Assembly (NCBI GenBank): GCA_964016885.1
Contig: OZ024746.1
Coordinates: 50,344,001 to 50,408,000 of the forward strand
Direction: 5' to 3'
Source of the DNA: Eledone cirrhosa
Lineage: Eukaryota
Length of the DNA: 64,000 nt
This document shows positions 28,400-43,740 of this stretch, one piece after another. Numbering within the stretch: position 1 is the stretch's first letter; every line of letters starts with the position of its first letter. The notes under the pieces were generated by a model. The model worked only from the letters and a program-made list of their open reading frames with translations. It had not been told where the DNA came from and did not search any database. The position numbers and the translations under genes were made by a program.

Positions 28400-29550
28400 A
28401 ATGTATAAAAAATTGATTATTTTAGGTTTTTCACAAATTGATCATTTTACACAGTATTTCGAAAAATTGTTTTTTTTCAGAAAAGTTTGATTTATTTTCG
28501 ATTTCGAAAATTGATATATATTATGTAAATACAAAATTTTTCAACGTGTCGAAACACGATGTATAAACGCATTATTTTGAAAAAAACATTTTTTCCAAAT
28601 ACTGTGTAAAATGATCAATTAGTGAAAAACAGAAAAAAATCAATTTTAGATACCAGAAGTAAATATTTCGAAATGTATAAAAAAATTGATTATTTTAGGT
28701 TTTTCACAAATTGATCATTTTACACAGTATTTCGAAAAATTGTTTTTTTTCAGAAAAGATTGATTTTTTTTCTTTCGAAATATATACTTTCTGATTTCAA
28801 AAATTGATATATATTTTGTATTTTTCAAAAATTTTTCAACGTGTCGAAACAATGTATAAACGCATTTTTTTTAAAATAAACATTTTTTCCAAATACTTTG
28901 TAAAATGATCGATTTGTGAAAAACCCCAAAAAATCAATTTTAGATATCAGAAGTAAATATTTCGAAATGTATAAAAAAATTGATTATTTTAGGTTTTTCA
29001 CAAATTGATCATTTTACACAGTATTTCGAAAAATTGTTTTTTTTCAGAAAAGTTTGATTTATTTTCGATTTCGAAAATTGATATATATTATGTAAATACA
29101 AAATTTTTCAACGTGTCGAAACACGATGTATAAACGCATTATTTTGAAAAAAACATTTTTTCCAAATACTGTGTAAAATGATCAATTAGTGAAAAACCGA
29201 AAAAAATCAATTTTAGATACCAGAAGTAAATATTTCGAAATGTATAAAAAAATTGATTATTTTAGGTTTTTCACAAATTGATCATTTTACACAGTATTTC
29301 GAAAAATTGTTTTTTTTCAGAAAAGATTGATTTTTTTTCTTTCGAAATATATACTTTCTGATTTCAAAAATTGATATATATTTTGTATTTTTCAAAAATT
29401 TTTCAACGTGTCGAAACAATGTATAAACGCATTTTTTTTAAAATAAACATTTTTTCCAAATACTTTGTAAAATGATCGATTTGTGAAAAACCCCAAAAAA
29501 TCAATTTTAGATATCAGAAGTAAATATTTCGAAATGTATAAAAAAATTGA
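28400..29550 (+). repeat. 567-bp dimer duplicated in tandem
   Basis: Private variant 'ttatgtaaatacaaaa' at 28521/29088, and again at 43866/44433. Confidence 0.88.
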
Positions 29551-32500
29551 TTATTTTAGGTTTTTCACAAATTGATCATTTTACACAGTATTTCGAAAAA
29601 TTGTTTTTTTTCAAAAAAGTTTGATTTTTTTTCGATTTCGAAAATTGATATATATTTTGTATTTTTCAAAAATTTTTCAACGTGTCGAAACAATGTAAAA
29701 ACGCATATTTTTGAAAAAAAACATTTTTTCCAAATATTGTGTAAAGTGATCAATTTGTGAAAAACCTAAAAATATCAATTTTAGATACCAGAACTAAATA
29801 TTTCGAGATGTATAAAAAAATTGATTATTTTAGGTTTTTCACAAATTGATCATTTTACACAGTATTTCGAAAAATTGTTTTTTTTCAGAAAAGATTGATT
29901 TTTTTTCTTTCTAAATATATACTTTCTGATTTCGAAAATTGATATATATTTTGTATTTTTCAAAAATTTTTCAACGTGTCGAAACACAATGTAAAAACGC
30001 ATATTTTTGAAAAAAAACATTTTTTCCAAATACTGTGTAAAATGATCAATTTGTGAAAAACCGAAAAAAATCAATTTTAGAAATCAGAAGTAAATATTTT
30101 GAAATGTATAAAAAAATTGATTATTTTAGGTTTTTCACAGATCGATCATTTTACACAGTATTTCGAAAAATTGTTTTTTTTCAAAAAAGTGATCTTTTTT
30201 CGATTTCGAAAATTGATATGTATTTTGTAAAATTGTTTTTTTTCAGAAAAGATTGATTTTTTTCTTTCGAAATATATACTTTCTGATTTCGAAAATTGAT
30301 ATATATTTTGTATTTTTCAAAAATTTTTCAACGTGTCGAAACACAATGTATAAACGCATTTTTTTAAAAAAAAACATTTTTTCTAAATATTGTGTAAAGT
30401 GATCGATTTGTGAAAAACCTAAAAAAATCAATTTTAGATATCAGAAGTAAATATTTCGAAATGTATAAAAAAATTGATTATTTTAGGTTTTTTCACACAT
30501 TGATCATTTTACACAGTATTTCGAAAAATTGTTTTTTTTCAAAAAAGTGATTTTTTTTCGATTTCGAAAATTGATATGTATTTTGTATTTTTCAAAAATT
30601 TTTCAACGTGTCGAAACACAACGTATAAACGCATTTTTAAAAAAAAAAACATTTTTTCTAAATATTGTGTAAAGGTGAAAAACCTAAAAAAATCAATTTT
30701 AGATATCAGAAGTAAATATTTCGAAATGTATAAAAAATTGATTATTTTAGGTTTTTCACAAATTGATCATTTTACACAGTATTTCGAAAAATTGTTTTTT
30801 TTCAGAAAAGTTTGATTTATTTTCGATTTAGAAAATTGATATATATTTTGTATTTTTCAAAAATTTTTCAACGTGTCGAAACACAATGTATAAACGCATT
30901 TTTTTGAAAAAAAACATTTTATCCAAATATTGTGTAAAGTGATCGATTTGTGAAAAACCCCAAAAAATCAATTTTAGATATCAGAAGTAAATATTTCGAA
31001 ATGTATAAAAAATTGATTATTTTAGGTTTTTCACAAATTGATCTTACATTGATTTTACATTGATTTTACACAGTATTTCGAAAAATTGTTTTTTTTCAAA
31101 AAAGTTTGATTTTTTTTCGATTTCGAAAATTGATATGTACTTTGTATTTTTCAAAAATTTTTCAACGTGTCGAAACAATGTAAAAACGCATATATTTGAA
31201 AAAAAACATTTTTTCCAAATACTGTGTAAAATAATCAATTTGTGAAAAACCGAAAAAAATCAATTTTAGAAATCAGAAGTAAATATTTTGAAATGTATAA
31301 AAAAATTGATTATTTTAGGTTTTTCACAAATTGATCATTTTACACAGTATTTCGAAAAATTGTTTTTTTTCAAAAAAGATTGATTTTTTTTTCTTTCGAA
31401 ATGTATACTTTCTGATATCGAAAATTGAAATATATTTTGTATTTTTCAAAAGTTTTTCAACGTGTCGAGATACGATGAATAAACGCATTTTTTTGAAAAA
31501 AAACATTTTTTCCAAATACTTTGTAAAATGATCGATTTGTGAAAAACCCCAAAAAATCAATTTTAGATATCAGAAGTAAATATTTCGAAATGTATAAAAA
31601 AATTGATTATTTTAGGTTTTTCACAAATTGATCATTTTACACAGTATTTCGAAGAATTGTTTTTTTTCAAAAAAGTGATTTTTTTTCGATTTCGAAAATT
31701 GATATGTATTTTGTATTTTTCCAAAATTTTTCAACGTGTCGAAACACGATGAATAAAACCATTATTTTGAAAAAAAACATTTTTTCCAAATATTGTGTAA
31801 AGTGATCAATTTGTGAAAAACCTAAAAATATCAATTTTAGATACCAGAACTAAATATTTCGAAATGTATAAAAAAATTGATTATTTTAGGTTTTTCACAA
31901 ATTGATCATTTTACACAGTATTTCGAAAAATTGTTTTTTTTCAGAAAAGTTTGATTTATTTTCGATTTCGAAAATTGATATATATTTTGTATTTTTCAAA
32001 AATTTTTCAACGTGTCGAAACAGAATGTATAAACGCATTTTTTTAAAAAAAAACATTTTTTCTAAATATTGTGTAAAGTGATCGATTTGTGAAAAACCTA
32101 AAAAAATCAATTTTAGATATCAGAAGTAAATATTTCGAAATGTATAAAAAAATTGATTATTTTAGGTTTTTTCACACATTGATCATTTTACACAGTATTT
32201 CGAAAAATTGTTTTTTTTCAAAAAAGTGATTTTTTTTCGATTTCCAAAATTGATATGTACTTTGTATTTTTCAAAAATTTTTCAACGTGTCGAAACACGA
32301 TGAATAAACGCATTTTTTTTAAAAAAAACATTTTTTCCAAATACTTTGTAAAATGATCGATTTGTGAAAAACCCCAAAAAATCAATTTTAGATATCAGAA
32401 GTAAATATTTCGATATGTATAAAAAAATTGATTATTTTAGGTTTTTCACAAATTGATCATTTTACACAGTATTTCGAAAAATTGTTTTTTTTCAAAAAAG

Positions 32501-35500
32501 TGATTTTTTTTCATTTTCGAAAATTGATATGTATTTTGTATTTTTCAAAAATTTTTCAACGTGTCGAAACACAACGTATAAACGCATTTTTTTAAAAAAA
32601 AACATTTTTTCTAAATATTGTGTAAAGGTGAAAAACCTAAAAAAATCAATTTTAGATATCAGAAGTAAATATTTCGAAATGTATAAAAAAATTGATTATT
32701 TTAGGTTTTTCACAAATTGATCATTTTACACAGTATTTCGAAAAATTGTTTTTTTTCAAAAAAGTTTGATTTTTTTTCGATTTCGAAAATTGATATATAT
32801 TTTGTATTTTTCAAAAATTTTTCAACGTGTCGAAACACAATGTAAAAACGCATATTTTTGAAAAAAAACATTTTTTCCAAATACTGTGTAAAATGATCAA
32901 TTTGTGAAAAACCGAAAAAAATCAATTTTAGAAATCAGAAGTAAATATTTTGAAATGTATAAAAAAATTGATTATTTTAGGTTTTTCACAGATCGATCAT
33001 TTTACACAGTATTTCGAAAAATTGTTTTTTTTCAAAAAAGATTGATTTTTTTTCTTTCGAAATGTATACTTTCTGATTTCGCATTTTACACAGTATTTCG
33101 AAAAATTGTTTTTTTTCAAAAAAGTGATTTTTTTTCGATTTCGAAAATTGATATATATTTTGTATTTTTCAAAAATTTTTCAACGTGTCGAAACACAATG
33201 TATAAACGCATTTTTTTGAAAAAAAACATTTTTTCCAAATACTGTGTAAAATGATCAATATATGAAAAACCGAAAAAAATCAATTTTAGAAATCAGAAGT
33301 AAATATTTCGAAATGTATAAAAAATTGATTATTTTAGGTTTTTCACAAATTGATCATTTTACACAGTATTTCGAAAAATTGTTTTTTTTCAGAAAAGTTT
33401 GATTTATTTTCGATTTCGAAAATTGATATATATTATGTATTTTTCAAAAATTTTTCAACGTGTCGATACACGATGTATAAACGCATTATTTTGAAAAAAA
33501 CATTTTTTCCAAATACTGTGTAAAATGATCAATTAGTGAAAAACCGAAAAAAATCAATTTTAGAAATCAGAAGTAAATATTTCGAAATGTATAAAAAAAT
33601 TGATTATTTTAGGTTTTTCACAAATTGATCATTTTACACAGTATTTCGAAAAATTGTTTTTTTTCAGAAAAGTTTGATTTATTTTCGATTTCGAAAATTG
33701 ATGTATATTATGTATTTTTCAAAAATTTTTCAACGTGTCGATACACGATGTATAAACGCATTATTTTGAAAAAAACATTTTTTCCAAATACTGTGTAAAA
33801 TGATCAATTTGTGAAAAACCGAAAAAAATCAATTTTAGAAATCAGAAGTAAATATTTCGAAATGTATAAAAAAATTGATTATTTTAGGTTTTTCACAAAT
33901 TGATCATTTTACAATTTGTGAAAAACCTAAAAAAATCAATTTTAGAAATCAGAAGTAAATATTTCGAAATGTATAAAAAATTGATTATTTTAGGTTTTTC
34001 ACAAATTGATCATTTAACACAGTATTTCGAAAAATTGTTTTTTTTCAGAAAAGTTTGATTTATTTTCGATTTCGAAAATTGATATATATTTTGTATTTTT
34101 CAAAAATTTTTCAACGTGTCGAAACACAATGTATAAACGCATTTTTTTGAAAAAAAACATTTTATCCAAATATTGTGTAAAGTGATCAATTTATGAAAAA
34201 CCTAAAAAAATCAATTTTAGATACCAGAAGTAAATATTTCGAAATGTATAAAAAAATTGATTATTTTAGGTTTTTCACAAATTGATCATTTTACACAGTA
34301 TTTCGAAAAATTGTTTTTTTTCAAAAAAGTGATTTTTTTTCGATTTCGAAAATTGATATGTATTTTGTATTTTTCAATAATTTTTCAACGTGTCGAAACA
34401 CGATGTATAAACGCATTTTTTTGAAAAAAAAACATTTTTTCTAAAAATGATCAATTTGTGAAAAACCGAAAAAAATCAATTTTAGAAATCAGAAGTAAAT
34501 ATTTCGAAATGTATAAAAAAATTGATTATTTTAGGTTTTTCACAAATTGATCATTTTACAATTTGTGAAAAACCGAAAAAAATCAATTTTAGAAATCAGA
34601 AGTAAATATTTCGAAATGTATAAAAAATTGATTATTTTAGGTTTTTCACAAATTGATCATTTAACACAGTATTTCGAAAAATTGTTTTTTTTCAGAAAAG
34701 TTTGATTTATTTTCGATTTCGAAAATTGATATATATTTTGTATTTTTCAAAAATTTTTCAACGTGTCGAAACACAATGTATAAACGCATTTTTTTGAAAA
34801 AAAACATTTTATCCAAATATTGTGTAAAGTGATCAATTTATGAAAAACCTAAAAAAATCAATTTTAGATACCAGAAGTAAATATTTCGAAATGTATAAAA
34901 AAATTGATTATTTTAGGTTTTTCACAAATTGATCATTTTACACAGTATTTCGAAAAATTGTTTTTTTTCAAAAAAGTGATTTTTTTTCGATTTCGAAAAT
35001 TGATATGTATTTTGTATTTTTCAATAATTTTTCAACGTGTCGAGACACGATGTATAAACGCATTTTTTTGAAAAAAAAACATTTTTTCTAAAAATGATCA
35101 ATTTGTGAAAAACCGAAAAAAATCAATTTTAGAAATCAGAAGTAAATATTTCGAAATGTATAAAAAAATTGATTATTTTAGGTTTTTCACAAATTGATCA
35201 TTTTACAATTTGTGAAAAACCGAAAAAAATCAATTTTAGAAATCAGAAGTAAATATTTCGAAATGTATAAAAAATTGATTATTTTAGGTTTTTCACAAAT
35301 TGATCATTTTACACAGTATTTCGAAAAATTGTTTTTTTTCAGAAAAGTTTGATTTATTTTCGATTTCGAAAATTGATATATATTTTGTATTTTTCAAAAA
35401 TTTTTCAACGTGTCGAAACACAATGTATAAACGCATTTTTTAAAAAAAAAACATTTTTTCTAAATATTGTGTAAAGTGATCGATTTGTGAAAAACCTAAA

Positions 35501-36649
35501 AAAATCAATTTTAGATATCAGAAGTAAATATTTCGAAATGTATAAAAAAATTGATTATTTTAGGTTTTTTCACACATTGATCATTTTACACAGTATTTCG
35601 AAAAATTGTTTTTTTTCAAAAAAGTGATTTTTTTTCGATTTCGAAAATTGATATGTATTTTGTATTTTTCAAAAATTTTTCAACGTGTCGAAACAGGATG
35701 AATAAACGCATTTTTTTGAAAAAAAACATTTTATCCAAATATTGTGTAAAGTGATCAATTTATGAAAAACCTAAAAAAATCAATTTTAGATACCAGAAGT
35801 AAATATTTCGAAATGTATAAAAAAATTGATTATTTTAGGTTTTTCACAAATTGATCATTTTACAATTTGTGAAAAACCGAAAAAAATCAATTTTAGAAAT
35901 CAGAAGTAAATATTTCGAAATGTATAAAAAATTGATTATTTTAGGTTTTTCACAAATTGATCATTTTACACAGTATTTCGAAAAATTGTTTTTTTTCAGA
36001 AAAGTTTGATTTATTTTCGATTTCGAAAATTGATATATATTTTGTATTTTTCAAAAATTTTTCAACGTGTCGAAACACAATGTATAAACGCATTTTTTTG
36101 AAAAAAAAACATTTTTTCTAAAAATGATCAATTTGTGAAAAACCGAAAAATATCAATTTTAGAAATCAGAAGTAAATATTTCGAAATGTATAAAAAAATT
36201 GATTATTTTAGGTTTTTCACAAATTGATCATTTTACAATTTGTGAAAAACCGAAAAAAATCAATTTTAGAAATCAGAAGTAAATATTTCGAAATGTATAA
36301 AAAATTGATTATTTTAGGTTTTTCACAAATTGATCATTTTACACAGTATTTCGAAAAATTTTTTTTTTCAGAAAAGTTTGATTTATTTTCGATTTCGAAT
36401 ATTGATATATATTTTGTATTTTTCAAAAATTTTTCAACGTGTCGAAACACAATGTATAAACGCATTTTTTTTAAAAAAAACATTTTTTCTAAATATTGTG
36501 TAAAGTGATCGATTTGTGAAAAACCTAAAAAAATCAATTTTAGATATCAGAAGTAAATATTTCGAAATGTATAAAAAAATTGATTATTTTAGGTTTTTTC
36601 ACACATTGATCATTTTACACAGTATTTCGAAAAATTGTTTTTTCTCAAA

Positions 36650-39600
36650 AAAGTGATTTTTTTTCGATTTCGAAAATTGATATGTATTTTGTATTTTTCA
36701 AAAATTTTTCAACGTGTCGAAACACGATGAATAAACGCATTTTTTTGAAAAAAAATTTTATCCAAATATTGTGTAAAGTGATCAATTTATGAAAAACCTA
36801 AAAAAATCAATTTTAGATACCAGAAGTAAATATTTCGAAATGTATAAAAAAATTGATTATTTTAGGTTTTTCACAAATTGATCATTTTACAAAGTATTTC
36901 GAAAAATTGTTTTTTTTCAAAAAAGTGATTTTTTTTCGATTTCGAAAATTGATATGTATTTTGTATTTTTCAAAAATTTTTCAACGTGTCAAAACACGAT
37001 GAATAAACGCATTATTTTGAAAAAAAACATTGTTTCCAAATATTGTGTAAAGTGATCAATTTGTGAAAAACCTAAAAATATCAATTTTAGATACCAGAAC
37101 TAAATATTTCAAAATGTATAAAAAAATTGATTATAGGTTTTTCACAAATTGATCATTTTACACAGTATTTCGAAAAATTGTTTTTTTTTCAGAAAAGATT
37201 GATTTTTTATCTTTCGAAATATATACTTTCTGATTTCGAAAATTGATATATATTTTGTATTTTTCAAATATTTTTCAACGTGTCGAAACACAATGTATAA
37301 ACGCATTTTTTTGAAAAAAAACATTTTTTCCAAATACTGTGTAAAATGATCAATTAGTGAAAAACCGAAAAAAATCAATTTTAGAAATCAGAAGTAAATA
37401 TTTCGAAATGTATAAAAAAATTGATTATTTTAGGTTTTTCACAAATTGATCATTTTACAATTTGTGAAAAACCGAAAAAAATCAATTTTAGAAATCAGAA
37501 GTAAATATTTCGAAATGTATAAAAAATTGATTATTTTAGGTTTTTCACAAATTGATCATTTTACACAGTATTTCGAAAAATTGTTTTTTTTCAGAAAAGT
37601 TTGATTTATTTTCGATTTCGAAAATTGATATATATTTTGTATTTTTCAAAAATTTTTCAACGTGTCGAAACACAATGTATAAACGCATTTTTTTGAAAAA
37701 AAAACATTTTTTCTAAAAATGATCAATTTGTGAAAAACCGAAAAAAATCAATTTTAGAAATCAGAAGTAAATATTTCGAAATGTATAAAAAATTGATTAT
37801 TTTAGGTTTTTCACAAATTGATCATTTTACACAGTATTTCGAAAAATTTTTTTTTTCAGAAAAGTTTGATTTATTTTCGATTTCGAATATTGATATATAT
37901 TTTGTATTTTTCAAAACTTTTTCAACGTGTCGAAACACAATGTATAAACGCATTTTTTTTAAAAAAAACATTTTTTCTAAATATTGTGTAAAGTGATCGA
38001 TTTGTGAAAAACCTAAAAAAATCAATTTTAGATATCAGAAGTAAATATTTCGAAATGTATAAAAAAATTGATTATTTTAGGTTTTTTCACACATTGATCA
38101 TTTTACACAGTATTTCGAAAAATTGTTTTTTTTCAAAAAAGTGATTTTTTTTCGATTTCGAAAATTGATATGTATTTTGTATTTTTCAAAAATTTTTCAA
38201 CGTGTCGAAACACGATGAATAAACGCATTTTTTTGAAAAAAAATTTTATCCAAATATTGTGTAAAGTGATCAATTTATGAAAAACCTAAAAAAATCAATT
38301 TTAGATACCAGAAGTAAATATTTCGAAATGTATAAAAAAATTGATTATTTTAGGTTTTTCACAAATTGATCATTTTACAAAGTATTTCGAAAAATTGTTT
38401 TTTTTCAAAAAAGTGATTTTTTTTCGATTTCGAAAATTGATATGTATTTTGTATTTTTCAAAAATTTTTCAACGTGTCAAAACACGATGAATAAACGCAT
38501 TATTTTGAAAAAAAACATTGTTTCCAAATATTGTGTAAAGTGATCAATTTGTGAAAAACCTAAAAATATCAATTTTAGATACCAGAACTAAATATTTCAA
38601 AATGTATAAAAAAATTGATTATAGGTTTTTCACAAATTGATCATTTTACACAGTATTTCGAAAAATTGTTTTTTTTCAGAAAAGATTGATTTTTTATCTT
38701 TCGAAATATATACTTTCTGATTTCGAAAATTGATATATATTTTGTATTTTTCAAATATTTTTCAACACAATGTATAAACGCATTTTTTTGAAAAAAAACA
38801 TTTTTTCCAAATACTGTGTAAAATGATCAATTAGTGAAAAACCGAAAAAAATCAATTTTAGAAATCAGAAGTAAATATTTCGAAATGTATAAAAAAATTG
38901 ATTATTTTAGGTTTTTCACAAATTGATCATTTTACAATTTGTGAAAAACCGAAAAAAATCAATTTTAGAAATCAGAAGTAAATATTTCGAAATGTATAAA
39001 AAATTGATTATTTTAGGTTTTTCACAAATTGATCATTTTACACAGTATTTCGAAAAATTGTTTTTTTTCAGAAAAGTTTGATTTATTTTCGATTTCGAAA
39101 ATTGATATATATTTTGTATTTTTCAAAAATTTTTCAACGTGTCGAAACACAATGTATAAACGCATTTTTTTGAAAAAAAAACATTTTTTCTAAAAATGAT
39201 CAATTTGTGAAAAACCGAAAAAAATCAATTTTAGAAATCAGAAGTAAATATTTCGAAATGTATAAAAAATTGATTATTTTAGGTTTTTCACAAATTGATC
39301 ATTTTACACAGTATTTCGAAAAATTTTTTTTTTCAGAAAAGTTTGATTTATTTTCGATTTCGAATATTGATATATATTTTGTATTTTTCAAAAATTTTTC
39401 AACGTGTCGAAACACAATGTATAAACGCATTTTTTTAAAAAAAAACATTTTTTCTAAATATTGTGTAAAGTGATCGATTTGTGAAAAACCTAAAAAAATC
39501 AATTTTAGATATCAGAAGTAAATATTTCGAAATGTATAAAAAAATTGATTATTTTAGGTTTTTTCACACATTGATCATTTTACACAGTATTTCGAAAAAT

Positions 39601-39700
39601 TGTTTTTTTTCAAAAAAGTGATTTTTTTTCGATTTCGAAAATTGATATGTATTTTGTATTTTTCAAAAATTTTTCAACGTGTCGAAACACGATGAATAAA
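36650..39700 (+). repeat. Tandem duplication, 1477-bp period (inside the second large copy)
   Basis: ORF pairs 37730/39207 and 37822/39299. Both copies share 'gtgtcaaaacac' and 'tatttcaaaatg'. The period is slightly longer upstream of a small deletion near 38765. Confidence 0.82.
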
Positions 39701-42700
39701 CGCATTTTTTGGAAAAAAAACATTTTATCCAAATATTGTGTAAAGTGATCAATTTATGAAAAACCTAAAAAAATCAATTTTAGATACCAGAAGTAAATAT
39801 TTCGAAATGTATAAAAAAATTGATTATTTTAGGTTTTTCACAAATTGATCATTTTACAAAGTATTTCGAAAAATTGTTTTTTTTCAGAAAAGATTGATTT
39901 TTTTTCTTTGATTTTCAGATATCAGAAGTAAATATTTTGAAATGTATAAAAAAATTGATTATTTTAGGTTTTTCACAAATTGATCATTTTACACAGTATT
40001 TCGAAAAATTGTTTTTTTTCAAAAAAGATTGATTTTTTTTCTTTCGAAATGTATACTTTCTGATTTCGAAAATTGACATATATTTTGTATTTTTCAAAAG
40101 TTTTTCAACGTGTCGAGATACGATGAATAAACGCATTTTTTTGAAAAAAAACATTTTTTCCAAATACTTTGTAAAATGATCGATTTGTGAAAAACCCCAA
40201 AAAATCAATTTTAGATATCAGAAGTAAATATTTCGAAATGTATAAAAAAATTGATTATTTTAGGTTTTTCACAAATTGATCATTTTACACAGTATTTCGA
40301 AAAATTGTTTTTTTTCAAAAAGGTGATTTTTTTTCGATTTCGAAAATTGATATGTATTTTGTATTTTTCAAAAATTTTTCAACGTGTCGAAACACGATGA
40401 ATAAACGCATTATTTTGAAAAAAAACATTTTTTCCAAATATTGTGTAAAGTGATCAATTTGTGAAAAACCTAAAAATATCAATTTCAGATACCAGAACTA
40501 AATATTTCGAAATGTATAAAAAAATTGATTATTTTAGGTTTTTCACAAATTGATCATTTTACACAGTATTTCGAAAAATTGTTTTTTTTCAGAAAAGATT
40601 GATTTTTTTTCTTTCAAAATATATACTTTCTGATTTCGAAAATTGATATATATTTTGTATTTTTCAAAAATTTTTCAACGTGTCGAAACACAATGTAAAA
40701 ACGCATATTTTTGAAAAAAAACATTTTTTGCAAATACTGTGTAAAATGATCGATTTGTGAAAAACCCAAAAAAATCAATTTTAGAAATCAGAAGTAAATA
40801 TTTCGAAATGTATAAAAAAATTGATTATTTTAGGTTTTTCACAAATTGATCATTTTACACAGTATTTCGAAAAATTGTTTTTTTTCAAAAAAGTTTTTTT
40901 TTTTCGATTTCGAAAATTGATATGTATTTTTTATTTTTCAATAATTTTTCAACGTGTCGAAACACGATGTATAAACGCATTTTTTTGAAAAAAAAACATT
41001 TTTTCTAAAAATGATCAATTTGTGAAAAACCGAAAAAAATCAATTCTAGAAATCAGAAGTAAATATTTCGAAATGTATAAAAAAATTGATTATTTTAGGT
41101 TTTTCACAAATTGATCATTTTACACAGTATTTCGAAAAATTGTTTTTTTTCAGAAAAGATTGAATTTTTATCTTTCGAAATATATACTTTCTGATTTCGA
41201 AAATTGATATATATTTTGTAGTTTTCAAAAATTTTTCAACGTGTCGAAACACAATGTATAAACGCATTTTTTTGAAAAAAAACATTTTTTCCAAATACTG
41301 TGTAAAATGATCAATTTGTGAAAAACCGAAAAAAATCAATTTTAGAAATCAGAAGTAAATATTTCGAAATGTATAAAAAATTGATTATTTTAGGTTTTTC
41401 ACAAATTGATCATTTTACACAGTATTTCGAAAAATTGTTTTTTTTCAGAAAAGTTTGATTTATTTTCGATTTCGAAAATTGATATATATTTTGTATTTTT
41501 CAAAAATTTTTCAACGTGTCGAAACACAATGTATAAACGCATTTTTTTGAAAAAAAAACATTTTTTCTAAAAATGATCAATTTGTGAAAAACCGAAAAAA
41601 ATCAATTTTAGAAATCAGAAGTAAATATTTCGAAATGTATAAAAAATTGATTATTTTAGGTTTTTCACAAATTGATCATTTTACACAGTATTTCGAAAAA
41701 TTTTTTTTTTCAGAAAAGTTTGATTTATTTTCGATTTCGAATATTGATATATATTTTGTATTTTTCAAAAATTTTTCAACGTGTCGAAACACAATGTATA
41801 AACGCATTTTTTTAAAAAAAAACATTTTTTCTAAATATTGTGTAAAGTGATCGATTTGTGAAAAACCTAAAAAAATCAATTTTAGATATCAGAAGTAAAT
41901 ATTTCGAAATGTATAAAAAAATTGATTATTTTAGGTTTTTTCACACATTGATCATTTTACACAGTATTTCGAAAAATTGTTTTTTTTCAAAAAAGTGATT
42001 TTTTTTCGATTTCGAAAATTGATATGTATTTTGTATTTTTCAAAAATTTTTCAACGTGTCGAAACACGATGAATAAACGCATTTTTTGGAAAAAAAACAT
42101 TTTATCCAAATATTGTGTAAAGTGATCAATTTATCAAAAACCTAAAAAAATCAATTTTAGATACCAGAAGTAAATATTTCGAAATGTATAAAAAAATTGA
42201 TTATTTTAGGTTTTTCACAAATTGATCATTTTACAAAGTATTTCGAAAAATTGTTTTTTTTCAGAAAAGATTGATTTTTTTTCTTTGATTTTCAGATATC
42301 AGAAGTAAATATTTTGAAATGTATAAAAAAATTGATTATTTTAGGTTTTTCACAAATTGATCATTTTACACAGTATTTCGAAAAATTGTTTTTTTTCAAA
42401 AAAGATTGATTTTTTTTCTTTCGAAATGTATACTTTCTGATTTCGAAAATTGACATATATTTTGTATTTTTCAAAAGTTTTTCAACGTGTCGAGATACGA
42501 TGAATAAACGCATTTTTTTGAAAAAAAACATTTTTTCCAAATACTTTGTAAAATGATCGATTTGTGAAAAACCCCAAAAAATCAATTTTAGATATCAGAA
42601 GTAAATATTTCGAAATGTATAAAAAAATTGATTATTTTAGGTTTTTCACAAATTGATCATTTTACACAGTATTTCGAAAAATTGTTTTTTTTCAAAAAGG

Positions 42701-43740
42701 TGATTTTTTTTCGATTTCGAAAATTGATATGTATTTTGTATTTTTCAAAAATTTTTCAACGTGTCGAAACACGATGAATAAACGCATTATTTTGAAAAAA
42801 AACATTTTTTCCAAATATTGTGTAAAGTGATCAATTTGTGAAAAACCTAAAAATATCAATTTCAGATACCAGAACTAAATATTTCGAAATGTATAAAAAA
42901 ATTGATTATTTTAGGTTTTTCACAAATTGATCATTTTACACAGTATTTCGAAAAATTGTTTTTTTTCAGAAAAGATTGATTTTTTTTCTTTCGAAATATA
43001 TACTTTCTGATTTCGAAAATTGATATATATTTTGTATTTTTCAAAAATTTTTCAACGTGTCGAAACACAATGTAAAAACGCATATTTTTGAAAAAAAACA
43101 TTTTTTGCAAATACTGTGTAAAATGATCGATTTGTGAAAAACCCAAAAAAATCAATTTTAGAAATCAGAAGTAAATATTTCGAAATGTATAAAAAAATTG
43201 ATTATTTTAGGTTTTTCACAAATTGATCATTTTACACAGTATTTCGAAAAATTGTTTTTTTTCAAAAAAGTTTTTTTTTTTCGATTTCGAAAATTGATAT
43301 GTATTTTTTATTTTTCAATAATTTTTCAACGTGTCGAAACACGATGTATAAACGCATTTTTTTGAAAAAAAAACATTTTTTCTAAAAATGATCAATTTGT
43401 GAAAAACCGAAAAAAATCAATTCTAGAAATCAGAAGTAAATATTTCGAAATGTATAAAAAAATTGATTATTTTAGGTTTTTCACAAATTGATCATTTTAC
43501 ACAGTATTTCGAAAAATTGTTTTTTTTCAGAAAAGATTGAATTTTTATCTTTCGAAATATATACTTTCTGATTTCGAAAATTGATATATATTTTGTAGTT
43601 TTCAAAAATTTTTCAACGTGTCGAAACACAATGTATAAACGCATTTTTTTGAAAAAAAACATTTTTTCCAAATACTGTGTAAAATGATCAATTTGTGAAA
43701 AACCGAAAAAAATCAATTTTAGAAATCAGAAGTAAATATT
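38950..43740 (+). repeat. Tandem duplication, 2377-bp period
   Basis: Identical ORFs at 39207/41584, 39984/42361 and 41115/43492; both copies share 'ttttttgcaaatac' and 'caattctagaaa'. Confidence 0.88.
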